Source of the DNA: Patellaria atrata CBS 101060
Lineage: Eukaryota
Direction of reading: 5' to 3'
DNA: 64,000 bases
Assembly: GCA_010093705.1 (NCBI GenBank)
Contig: MU006109.1
Coordinates: 62,001-126,000 of the forward strand
Position numbers and translations under genes: made by a program. The notes under the pieces are model-generated. The model was not told the DNA's origin. It made no database searches and was given only the letters and a program-made list of their open reading frames with translations. Positions 11,206 to 22,814 of the stretch are shown here, piece after piece. The stretch's first letter is position 1; every line of letters begins with the position of its first letter.

Positions 11206-11510
11206 GGTATATCAACTGGTTAAGGATTGAGTCTGCTCCTACACAAGAATTGTCATAGAAAGAAGATTCATCTATCCTTTGCTCATCCGAAATCCATTGG
11301 AGATGAAGATCCCCGGTGCCGGTGCGTCCATCATGCTAACGGAAGTCGACCAAATTGACGTGGATATAAAGTTTGCTTACTAAGAATCTTTAAATCAAGG
11401 TACTCCCGTCCCATCTACCTCACCAAGGAGTCTTCGGTGGATAAGTAAAACTCCAGCAAACTTACTCGACCTCTATTTGTCCTATTGCTCGTTTATCTTA
11501 TGTTTAAGGG

Positions 11511-12406
11511 ATGAGTTCCACAACTACGGTTACTAGGCCTACAGAACCGAGTACGATTGCCCTTCCAATTGAACCGTTAGCTACAGACTTTGCGAAAATC
11601 TATATCCACATCCATCCATTTCTCCTCTTGTCCCTCTACATATATCGATTCGATGCTATTGTAGGTGACCCTGTCTCAACGCTACCCACGCTTCTGGTGG
11701 GTTCTGTGGGCCTTCAACTCGTATATATCTTAACATGCCTCCCACCTACTACCGCCGGCACAAAATCGAACCCACCTATGCTTGCGAAGATAGGATTGAA
11801 GAAAAAGCGTACAAAACAGAATGAGCAAGGATATGGTGATAAGGTTATTGTATGTGGCTATTAGGAGATCTCAACACTATCGTCCAAGTTTTCGACCTAA
11901 GACGCTAACTAATTGGTTTCCCTAGCCAGCAGTCCTCTCACTCATCCTCACTGCTCTCCTTGGGGTCCCGTTGATCTATATTTTCGTTGTCCTTTTTGGC
12001 GGCCCTCTAACGACTCATTTCCTCCATACTTTTTTTTGTGCCGCACATATTGCCTTTCTTGCCGTACTCCCGCTTGTATATGTTTTTGGCGTGGACTCTG
12101 GACGTTGGAGGGAGCTCGCAGGATTGCTGATACCACTAGATGATGTTGTGGGTGGAGCATTAGGAACCGTTTTTGGGGCTTGGGTTGGTGCTGTTCCAAT
12201 CCCTTTAGATTGGTAGGTCAACCCGCTTGTGACATTCGCTATATGAGTGGGCCGCGGATTGTCTAGAATTGCAGCACTAACTTGTTATTAGGGATCGAGA
12301 GTGGCAGAAATGGCCGGTGACTATTGTGACCGGAGCGTATGGTGGGTATGTTATGGGGAAGCTTCTTGGTGGACAAATACTAAAAGGGAAAGTAATCGAA
12401 ATATGA
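11511..12406 (+). CDS. GPI11: GPI-anchor biosynthesis protein PIG-F
   Basis: Three exons; motifs VLFGGPLT and GAWVGAVPIPLDW|DREWQKWPVT; stop TGA 12404-12406. Confidence 0.92.
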
Positions 12407-13923
12407 GTAAGACAGCCCATATATATCAAATCATCACTATACGTATATCAGAGCCTAGGAAAGCTAAGGAGTGTTGCGGCGTTCGCTACAATCTACCTGA
12501 ACTATACACCAACGAGCTCAACTATCCAGTTGATTACTTTCAGCGAACCTCTTCAGAGACTCTTGTAGACGCAAATTTGGCTATAGGACATTCGGTCGGC
12601 GGTTTCTCGAGGTGTCTCAAGGAGTTTCCGGAGTATAGAGACGCAGTTGTTGAGATGTTGAGGTTCTGTGAATGTCAACACATAATTCTGTGTGCAAGTA
12701 CCCTTTTCTGACTACTGGCGTTTACATTATGGTCAGTTCAGGTTCCAATTGAAAGCTCTTCGACTCCCGTCTGGATTACCACCTGTCAATTTGTATGGTC
12801 GATGTTAGTATCTTGTTCGAAGATCCGAACGACTTGAGTTGCGCTACCCAAGTGAACCATCTATAACCAGAACGAACTGATATATTGAGGTCATAGAACT
12901 CGAGGACCGTTAGGTAACTGGTTCCAGGCTTCAAGAGGCGATCGTACCTGGCCAGCACATAGTCGCGAGGCCCAATGGATCACGTTGTTTTGTAGAGACA
13001 GATGCTCACACTTCCCTAAATACTCCAGCGCTCACAACCTTGTGGTCTTCTTCGGATGATGTCAAGGATAATGTACCGGAACACTGCAGATGGCCGTATC
13101 CTCAACAATTCCAGGCGGATAGCTTATAATTGGTGAGTAAAGGGCATGTTAGGGTTTGGTACTACCAAAGGGGCCGAGAAAAGGTATTACTGAGAATTCC
13201 ACACATTGTTTTACGTCGGTTTATCTAATAACTTTGGGTTTCCGTGAAGAGCATGGACAAGTTGGTATTGTTCAATATTGGTGATTTGACGTGGACTTGG
13301 AAACCCGCAATTGAATCAGGTATTGTTCTCGATCAGTTCATCTTCTTGCCAGCTCCACTGTCAATAAGAGCGTCCAATCCATTGTCCCTGAATTTACAAG
13401 AGCGGAATTGACGGTGGTTCTGGCAAGCTCTTCACTTCAAAATAATCAGATGATGTCATGGTATTTCATGTGTTTCATAACATATCCTACATTCACTGAA
13501 TTTAACAATGTTGTTACTCTTATCTGTACATCTGACTGGGACAACCTATGGTCATATGCCATGCCGTTCGCGCTAGTTCACGCTAGTTCTCAATAGGTGT
13601 GAAGATTCACGTTATATCACAACAATAGTCACCACTATTGTTAACAAATTCACCACCTCTATAGTCACGCCATTGTTATACACATGCTACTTGGATAAGA
13701 ACCCCGCTAGTAATGCTGCCTGCTACCAAGCTCCTCATTCTTAAGTTCTAATATTTTCCCTCCATTTGTCTCCATCCTTTCTTTTCTCACACAACGGCAA
13801 ATCTTCTGTTACAGACATTCTCATACCACAAACAACTCTCTGTTACCAGTATACTTACTTCCCATTGCAACACCAATTCAACCTGTTATACAAGCAGTTT
13901 ATCGAACTCAAACTTAGCTCAAC

Positions 13924-16158
13924 ATGACTTCCTTCACCAACATCAATCCTTGCGAGAACACGCAGACCAGCGAAACCGAAACTTCCATTTCAATTGATAG
14001 TCCCCTCAATATGCATAGCACTGCTGGACGTAGGGCCTGGGCTGCGAAAGGCCTTCCGAAGTCTTATCCCAATCTCGATCATCAGGATTCTTCCGATGGC
14101 GAATCTACAAACGGTCTCACTCGTCCAGCAACTGGCGGCAGAGGTCTCAAGTTTACATGCGATGATGAATCCGACGATGAAGAAGCTTACGAACTCCCCG
14201 CCGCCGTCGGTGGTAAGGATCTACTTGATTTTACAGTTGAGGATGAGTCTGAAGAAGAAGACGATGACGACATCCATCCAACCGTGGGTGGTAAAGGTTT
14301 ATCAGGACCTGAAGTGACTGAGCTATATGACAACGACAATGACAGTGATGCTTCTGAAATTCACCCTTCTACAGGCGGCAAGTCTGTTGCGAGCCTTAAG
14401 AAGATCCTGGAACAATTGAAGGAGGACAATGCTTCAACTACATTGTCGATTAATTCGACTGACTCGACTGACAAATTGATGATGACGTTGGATGATAACG
14501 GAGAAGACGGGCAGAGTGGTGAAGCTACCGAAGCTGGCGCAAAGACGAACAATGATACTCCAATGGAGGATCATGATCAGACCACCAATAGCAGAAAACG
14601 CAAGGGACAAACCGATAAGGTCGATCCACCATCATCGCAAGCGCAAGTCACGACGAAGGATGGCAAAGCGGCAAAGAAGACAAAGGCCACTACTAAGAAC
14701 GAGGGTCTTACAAGCAAGAGGCAACATTGGAGTCAAGAAGAAAAAGAATGGATTTTTAACTACTTTCGAAAGAACCGTGACCACATCGACGAGCAGGCTA
14801 CTGTAGCATTCAACGATCACTTCCGCGGTAAAGTCATCAACGGAGTCCTATTCAAAGAGAGAACCAAATCTGCCATTTCCGCCATGTGTAACAATGCTGA
14901 GATGCGAGAAGTCCGGGTGAAGGTGCAAGATAGGGGCAAGAACGCATTGCGCAAGAAGCAGAGTGCTGAGAAGCGGAAGGCAGCAGAATCGTCTACCAAG
15001 CTGGCACCGAAGAAACTTGCCATCAAGAAGAAGCAGGAGACTGGTCCCGATGTTGGCACCATCGATGGAGCTGAGTCAATGAAGAATGATAAAGGAAAGC
15101 TGCATCTCAAGGTGAAGGCGACCAAGTCCAGTTCGACTATACAAGATAGGCCTCAAACCGATGGTTCCGATTCGAACGACTCGACTGTCTCTCGTCCCAT
15201 ACTAAAATCAAAGAAGACGAACACCAGTTCTACAAGCAGCCTCTCATCTCCACCGTCCAGCTCTGGTATCCAATGGGCTGCAGTAAACACTCCAAAGACC
15301 TTCCGCCCGGCGAAAGACGATACCAACACTACGTCGACCAACTCTGATACCGATTCCGATTCCGATTCTGACGCCGAAAACTCAGTCATGGCGAAAGATT
15401 CCGTATACGGTGGTCGATCATTCGACTCACTCAGCCAAAATGAGAAGGTCGACTGGACCAAGAGGTTGAGGAACCACCTCCACCTGAAGCTGATCTACGA
15501 GCGCATTCTCAAAGACCCCAACGCGGTCCGCCTCATCGTCCTGCCGCAATACAAGAGCAGCGGCGAACCGAGAGCGAGCCGCCTCCGGTATCCGGAGACG
15601 CACGTCGACGTTCTCGGCCTCCTCCAGATGGGCGGCGTATACGCCGACATGCAACCCATCTTGGAAGCGCCGTGCAACAATCCCCTGCTGGCCCCGATGA
15701 GGTGTGGTGGCGCCGAGTACACTCCGGCGAACGCGGCCGAGGTTGTCACTATCAACAACGCCGCAGCTGCGCTCCGTTCCGTGTCTTCCCGTCCTGCCTC
15801 TGCTCTTGAACCGACAAAGCGTATCAAACGCGACAAGAAGCAGAGGCTCTCGGTCCTCGCTTCCCCTGCCCAGGTGGTGGGTGGTAAGAAGCGGAAGAGG
15901 GATGCCGATGTTGAGGGTGGTGGCGCGGAGCGGAGCGCAGCCAAGCGCATTCGTACGGAGGCTGAGAGTGTGTCCGGAGCGGAGACCTTGGTTGAAACTC
16001 CTGTGGTGACTGGTGGTGCTGGCGTACGGGGTTCGTCGGAGGCTGCAACCAATGCGGCGGTGGGAATTCTGGAGGGAGGTGGGAAGAAGAGGCACCGAGA
16101 TGATGATGTGGAGGATGAGGATGAGGGTAGGAGCAGCAAGAGGTCGAGATCGATGTAA
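13924..16158 (+). CDS. Uncharacterised 744-aa putative nuclear protein with acidic GGK repeats and a Myb/SANT-like segment
   Basis: Long intronless ORF with ATG start; QHWSQEEKEWI...AFNDHFRG...ERTKSAI resembles a Myb-like helix-turn-helix; several basic NLS-like clusters (KKRKR, KKRHR). No family recognised. Confidence 0.75.
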   Translation: MTSFTNINPCENTQTSETETSISIDSPLNMHSTAGRRAWAAKGLPKSYPNLDHQDSSDGESTNGLTRPATGGRGLKFTCDDESDDEEAYELPAAVGGKDLLDFTVEDESEEEDDDDIHPTVGGKGLSGPEVTELYDNDNDSDASEIHPSTGGKSVASLKKILEQLKEDNASTTLSINSTDSTDKLMMTLDDNGEDGQSGEATEAGAKTNNDTPMEDHDQTTNSRKRKGQTDKVDPPSSQAQVTTKDGKAAKKTKATTKNEGLTSKRQHWSQEEKEWIFNYFRKNRDHIDEQATVAFNDHFRGKVINGVLFKERTKSAISAMCNNAEMREVRVKVQDRGKNALRKKQSAEKRKAAESSTKLAPKKLAIKKKQETGPDVGTIDGAESMKNDKGKLHLKVKATKSSSTIQDRPQTDGSDSNDSTVSRPILKSKKTNTSSTSSLSSPPSSSGIQWAAVNTPKTFRPAKDDTNTTSTNSDTDSDSDSDAENSVMAKDSVYGGRSFDSLSQNEKVDWTKRLRNHLHLKLIYERILKDPNAVRLIVLPQYKSSGEPRASRLRYPETHVDVLGLLQMGGVYADMQPILEAPCNNPLLAPMRCGGAEYTPANAAEVVTINNAAAALRSVSSRPASALEPTKRIKRDKKQRLSVLASPAQVVGGKKRKRDADVEGGGAERSAAKRIRTEAESVSGAETLVETPVVTGGAGVRGSSEAATNAAVGILEGGGKKRHRDDDVEDEDEGRSSKRSRSM

Positions 16159-16215
16159 AGAGTCTTTGAGGAATTGGATAGGGATGTGGTAACGGTGTGG
16201 GGCTGGCCATTTTGA

Positions 16216-16358
16216 ACGAAAATTGCTAGTTCTAGGATTAGTTCTTTGGTTGTGGGATTGTACGAAAATTGCTCATTCTGGTTATTTCTTTGGTTTATGG
16301 GATTGTACGAAAATTGCTCATTCTATAGTTATTGCTTTGGGATGTGGGATATGTACGA
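16216..16358. repeat. Minisatellite, three copies of a 45-48 bp unit
   Basis: Units start ACGAAAATTGCT at 16216, 16262 and 16307 and end in TGGGAT(A/T)TGT-like sequence, followed by a partial ACGA at 16355. Confidence 0.85.
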
Positions 16359-16674
16359 GCTAGGGGCAGATTGCTAAGTGTGGGTATGGAGTATGGTGCA
16401 AGTTTAGTTTTCAGGGTCTTCCTTATTGCATTACATCTATAGCGGACACCATAGCGTACGGGATTTCCGGCTATCAAATGGTGAACATGGGAGTTGGAGC
16501 TAAGTATTCCAGTAAAAACTGAGTAATAGTCATATCTATTAAATGTTCTATGTTCTGTATTTCTCTACCATGAAAGAGTGAAGTGCACCGCCTATGTACG
16601 GTATTTTGCAAGAGACTGTGAGATGCCATGATTGAAACCTTCAAACCAAGTAAAACCAGGCGGAGTCTTATCAA

Positions 16675-18353
16675 TCAGTCAGACACACATGAGGGAGAGT
16701 CAGTACTCACGCTCTCACTCGTGAGAGCAGGGTAGAGTAGGCAAGAATTCCCAAGTACCGTTTCCGTACTTTCTTCCCCATATAGCTTGCCCTTCTTACG
16801 TTCTGGTTCCGCCATCTCCTCGTCCATTTCACACTTCGTCTTTGCATCTGGTCCCTTCATAGCCCTTTGTGCCCTCCTTTCCTTTTCTTCCTTGGTCGTA
16901 ATGTGAAGTTTCGGTTTCAATTTCCCCGAAAAGGGCATCATTTTGTCATCTACTTTCCTAAAGTCCCAAGCTTCATTCCATGTTGCACCATTCTCGAGCA
17001 CGGTAGTTGGGATGGGCGGAATATTGAATGCGTGGCATACATCGCGGACCAAGGCGACATACTCAATAACCTCTAGTAGGTTATTAGCAACATGATGAAG
17101 GTGAGAGTGGAACAACTTTTCCAAATCTTGGGCTAGGTGCAGTTAGTCAGAAACATTAGAATAGAACGGGGTGACAGGTTTACCTTGGTAATGTTTGCAT
17201 ATCCAAATCATGAGGTTGGGAGTCGCGACGCGGATGAGCGCGCATGCCTAACACTTGAAAGAGGATGTGTAAAGGAGCACACTTGACATCGTTACCATCT
17301 GTTTCGATGAAACGGCGTCCTACGCGGTTTGTTACAGAGAGGTCATCAATCGGGATCGCATCAGAAACCTTCTCCATGTGATATTCATCAGATCGGCACA
17401 AGGATGGATGTAGGGCTCGACGTCCTGCAACTAAGCGTTGGTAAAGGCCTGTAGGTGCATAACTCTTGGGGACGACGAGCTCTGGATATATTCGAAGGAG
17501 TCTATCGGAGATAATATCGTTTAGATTCGCATGTCAATGCTAGTATCATTATAACGCACGACACCGTAAGACAAAGTCTCATGACTGAACTTTCGTGGAT
17601 GAAGCTTTCCTTGTGCTAGACATGACCCCCCCTCATATTTATCAACCTCGTACATCCTGTGAGGGATAAGCGCCGGGTAGAAGGGGCTGGGACGTCCTGC
17701 AGGAGCTGTTCTGGTTGTGGTGGTAGTCGCATTCCTTGTGTCTATTGCTGCGATATAGCAGTGCTGTTGTTCTTTCAATGCCCTACCTTGGCAATGAATG
17801 GAGGAAAAATAGAGACCCAGTCCACGATAGGAACGGACTCGGCTGCGGGTTCGACCTCTGCAAATGCAGTCCCACTATACGCTTCACTTCTCCTTTCGTC
17901 ATCTCGTCTCGACAATCTTGGAAAAGATGTTTATCCACTGCAGATCGGAACACCTTGGGCGACGAATAACCCTGTGTTCGAGCACTTGTACTTGAATTCT
18001 TAGGTGAGCTAAGCATGGGATATGCACGGAATTGAAGAAAAGGTACAGTTGATTTTGACTCTGTAAACTAATTAGGTACGGAATGCTAAGAGAAGAAAGA
18101 CTGGTAGACCTTCAATAATAGTTCTTTCTTGCTGCGACAGCATTTCTACCCATTTAGGCTTCTTTAATCTGTCGATGGTTGCTTGATACTCTGGTTCACG
18201 ACCGGGATTGATGATACTCAAGGAGTTCTGGGGTAGATATCGATGTGAGCTTCGTGAAGCACACTCTAGATCTTTAATCCTGGGTCTTTGGCAGGGTTTC
18301 TCCAACTTTATGGGTTCTTCGCGGCCCTCATCATCGGAGGTTGTAACTTCCAC
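16675..18353 (-). pseudogene. Frameshifted gene remnant resembling fungal DUF7587 (ADP-ribosyltransferase-like) proteins
   Basis: Consecutive minus-strand segments in different frames: HLQRSNPQPSPFLSWTGSLFF / IHCQGRALKEQQHCYIAAIDT...HETLSYGVV / ANLNDIISDRLLRIYPEL / LMIWICKHYQ, then an intact intron and DLEKLF...NNLLEVIEY. Apparent shifts near 17805, 17535 and 17215. The 5' end is uncertain and the family call is from recalled motifs. Confidence 0.5.
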
Positions 18354-19212
18354 TTAGCTTATCACTATCCATTGTAGATGTGATTCACAATCGTTGAACG
18401 ATGCAAAGGGAGGATCCTCGATATCTGACCGCGGTCCTATGGCTCAGCTCAACGAAACGTAACAGGTAGGGTTGAGACTACTAGAACAAGAAAGAGAAGA
18501 GACGATGTGAAGATCAAATAGATATTTATCATCCAACTACAAACGATTTCTACCACAACAAACGTCGTTAGTTGAAAGGAGGGACGAATGAGGGTGCAGT
18601 AATGGAGACGGGGCGTTCGACTTCAAAGAGGGCGCAGTTTCAGTCAATTTCTGATGATTTCGGGTATTAGTGTTGATTAAACGTTTATTTGAGTATATTT
18701 TGCAACTGAGGATAGTCGGTACGAGTTCACTTACATCTCACTTTCACTCGCAAGAGCATATGATAGTAGACATAGAGATTGACAAGATAGGGGGATAGAT
18801 CATTTAGCATTGGTGTATCATCTGATTATGCTCCCACGGAGCCATCTCGACATATATCATGGACCATCCGAAACTCGTATACGGAGTCCAATGAATTAAG
18901 AGACATTTTGCCGTCGGCTACAAAACCAAAGCCAAACGATAAGCCATCAAGAATTACTCATAAGAGCTTCATAGAAGTTGGAAAGACTCACTGGTATTTC
19001 CCCGAGCAAAGACAATCTCATAAAGCGCCGTTCCATGTGACCATACACTCATTGCCCAACCTCACGCGTACCTTCTAGAATGATAAATCATCGTTTCTGG
19101 ACCAGAACTCCGTAACCATCCTCTAATACCATGGTGCACTGTTGTTGCATACGATCCAAAAAGAAATCCACAGCCCAAGAGAAATTCCTTCCGCCATCCA
19201 TCACATAGAAGC

Positions 19213-19521
19213 TCAAACGCCGAAACCCATCGAACTCGTTTCCTCACTGGTAGCAACTTCCCTCTCGTGCACTCTCTCTTTGCGCATCGCCTTTCCTTTA
19301 GGTGGTAGATGTATGCGGGCAATCGAGTAGAGGTATCGAAGATTTGCTTGTCGTACGGCGTGCATGTACCGGTCTTGCTCCGGAGTCCGGTCAAGGAAGT
19401 TTGTCGCGGCCTCATCATTGCCACCCGGACCGGCGAGGACGTGTTTGTGGATGACGAAACCCATGATGGTGACGACGGCGGCGCCAAGGAGTCCGAGAAA
19501 GAGGATTAAGAAGGGGTTCAT
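19213..19521 (-). CDS. Small (102-aa) single-pass membrane protein of unknown function
   Basis: ATG start, hydrophobic N-terminus MNPFLILFLGLLGAAVVTIMGFVIH, then EQDRYMHAVRQANL, resembling a motif I recall from small fungal membrane proteins. Confidence 0.6.
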   Translation of the reverse strand: MNPFLILFLGLLGAAVVTIMGFVIHKHVLAGPGGNDEAATNFLDRTPEQDRYMHAVRQANLRYLYSIARIHLPPKGKAMRKERVHEREVATSEETSSMGFGV

Positions 19522-20743
19522 GATTGTATTGCGAGCGCACCTTCAGGCTTGTGGCGTTCAGAAAAACGACTTTTGACAATAAATGAAAGTCGCTTATGAA
19601 TGGAATGATGATGTTGTGGTGAGGTTGATAAAGGAACAAACAAAGCGAATAGCTGATAAGCAGAGGTCGGAAAGCGGCGGATTCGATGTCAGCTGACTAA
19701 AGTGAATTTCTCTTTCACTTTGCAGGAAGATGGCGGAAAGGACAATATTATTCAAAAATCGGGAATGATGGGAAAGTGAGTGTTAGAAGAATAGTTGAGG
19801 GTATCGTGATGGAAAATGGGTAGCTGGAACTATTCTGAGAATGAGTTTGTCGAGATAATGAACAAGAAGGTGGGAGAGGAAGTACAAAGAGAGTTATAGT
19901 CCACACAGGTCAATGAAGTACTCCATTACCACCTTAGAACTAGTAGTAGTTCCTTCCTGGGAGACCTGATGCAAGTGCGAGTGCGAGTACGACTTACTGA
20001 CAAGCATCACTACAGTAAATACCTTACAGTTAGTACATACAGTATGACGTCTACACAGCCACAGACAGTACGTCCTCCCCTAATAAATTCTCTATATACT
20101 CTCAACCTATATCCATGGTGTTTACAACGGTGTTTAGTATGCATCGGCAGATTACCGTCCCTAAACAAGTTAACGATACGAAAAGAGTCAAGTAGTCGCA
20201 ACGAAGGAGGGTACTCTCGAAAGTGCACCTTTTGGGGAGACGTTTCGAAACGACCATGGATAACTCTACCTTTTTTTTTTGACACAGCCAAGTGAGCGTC
20301 GTAAGCAAACACGAGGCGGATTCACGGAAAAGGAAAAAAAGGGGGAACGGGAGGGATATGGTGGACGTTGATGGAAAGGAACATTTAAGCACCCGAGCCG
20401 AACGCTAAATCAGTTATCGATCCAAGCACTTACCCCTTAACCGATCATACCTTGCGCAATAATATCGTATCTCTTAAAAGAAATGTACAAAACTCGATAT
20501 TCGATTCTATATTTAGTTTCATAGTTCATGTATACATGATAATGTGAGAGAGCACTCCATTATTTCTCTATGTCCTGTTCCCGGGACACCCTTCTCCTGA
20601 CTCGATATTGCCGCATATCAACCATGCTTGATCCTACCACTACCACTTAACTTCAGTGATAAAGAAAGAAGGAGGATATTCAAAAATGGAATATAGTTTA
20701 CCATTCTTGTCACCACCTCATAAGTCATCAACATCAAAAGTCA

Positions 20744-22814
20744 TCACACAGACAAAAAGAATCCGGTAACACCGAGCAATCCTGAAAGACACCAAACACC
20801 TAATACAACAACATATCCACTTCGACCTCTAAACGGATTTGCATTGCTCGCAGCAGCATCTGTAGCGTCAGGACCACTTCCATTAGAGTTACTACCAGCT
20901 GAAGCACTTCCCTCGGCTGTTCTCATGGCTTCCTCTAGAACGGCAGTCGCGGCCGCAAACCCCTCATCATCACCGTAGACGAGGCACATTGTTGGCAGCG
21001 GCTTGCTCATATTCCACAGTATATCATCATGCTCCAAATTGTAATGGGGAATCAAAAATTCGGCACTGACCTCCCATCCCAGTCCTACATCCACGAACGG
21101 TTCGATATGAGTTAAATCACCGAAGAGTTCTCCTATCAATCTATTTTCTGTCTCAGAAGAGGTGAGAGGTTCACATGTTGCACCCACACCAGACAACCGG
21201 GATATGTTGGCGTGGAGACGTGGAAGCTCGAGGTAGATGCCTGCCTCAGCCGTTGCACTCTCGTTCAAAAAACTCACACTTCCCACTTCTTCGAACGTGA
21301 AACCTAAGGCGAACCGTGGACGGAAGGCAATCCCGACATTCAAAGTTAGATCCTCTATGCTTGCATTGAACGGTATAGTCTCAAATGTCGTGTCTGGACT
21401 GCGTAACTAGTAAGAAAGTGTTCAAAATAATCGTAGGAGAAACAACCTACAAGCCTTCAATAAGAGGATCATTAAGTTCGCCCATGTCAATCCTTAGGCG
21501 AGAACCATCGGGGACCTACAACTATTAGACAAAAATGAAGAGTATGAGACGAATGGACTTACCGTCACCTTAAACCCCCAAGTAAGTTCAAGAGCGGCAT
21601 AGATTGCAACATCACCGCGAACTGCGGGTTCAAACCATAATCCTGCAGCTCCAAAATTTGGAATCTATTGTCCAGAGTCAGCTAGGTCTAAACTATGACG
21701 GATGGTCTACTTACAGTGACCCCTAGAACAGGAACCCTCCAAAGCGTCTCTAGAAATACGAAAGGCTCAGTACTCATCACTGCCTTCAATTCAATCCAAG
21801 CAGAAACATCGTTTGCAACAATATCAATGAAACCACTTTTGAAGAAAGAGACATCGGTCTCCGCGATGTCTGTAGAGTTAATATTAATATTTGGATCGAA
21901 ATCAAAGCTCCCAAAGCCGACATCAAGGGTGCCTGTGGTGGTGCAGTTCTTGCAACCCACTTCAAATGACGCTCCATTACTGATCGCAAAGGTACTGTCA
22001 AGTATCTGAGTAGCAACACTAATCTGCGTTGTCGTTGCAGTCGCTGTAACTACGTCGGTAGACGTTGGAAATAGATCGGCGGTACTTATGATGGTTTGGG
22101 ATAGGGCACTGCGTTTTTTCAGACGACGGTGATCTAGAATGGAATGACCCTCATTTGTATGGCCGTACTCCATACGGAACTTTGGGAATGCCTCCCGCCA
22201 TTCCATTGGCGTGACTTGTAAAGTAAGCGCACCATCATTTCCTATTGAGCCTTCATTGACCCTGGAATTTCTGTTAATCTAAGGCTTCTTTGACAGAATC
22301 ATCTATTTCATACCTGTATGGCATCCGACTGCTTTCAAGGTTGCATCCTGAGTGGAATGTGATAACATAGGAACCCCCAAGTTCCCTAAGAACCTCGACT
22401 GCATCTCCTAGAGTAGCACTGGATAAGAACTCGACAACGATCTTGTCGTCATAGCATTCGACATCCCGTATCAAATGATCAAAATCCTCTAGATAAAGAG
22501 CTGGAATAGCAGACGAAATGTGGATATTGGCCGCAAAGGTAATACCCCCATAACTATTGTCGACTATGATACTTTCAGCGGACGTGCAACAGAAATTCCG
22601 AAGAGATAATACCTTCTGCGTATACCATTCGAAAATCGTGTAGCAACTCGAGTGAAGAGCTACGTGCAGATAGTCGAGAGACGGGTCTAGCGGCAGCTAC
22701 CCTTCGGTTCACAGATGATTTTGTGAACACGTCGTATACAGATGTTACGGCGTGGGATAACGCAGAGAAAAGGTAAAATACGAACAAGCCATACCTGGAC
22801 GAGGAATACATCAT
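20744..22814 (-). CDS. Secreted, probably GPI-anchored protein (DUF7029/DUF7223-like)
   Basis: Signal peptide MMYSSSRYGLFVFYLFSALSHA; about 5 introns; LYLEDFDHLIRDVEC, VITFHSGCN, CKNCTTTG, PLPTMCL; S/A/G-rich stretch followed by a hydrophobic C-terminus. Domain names are from recalled patterns. Confidence 0.72.

Noticed and set aside
12430..13450. Possible decayed minus-strand gene with intron-like signals and short protein-like fragments
   Set aside because: Stops in all frames examined and no recognisable motif; no gene model could be built.
16216..16358. CRISPR-like array
   Set aside because: Eukaryotic context, homologous spacers and no cas genes; it is a minisatellite.
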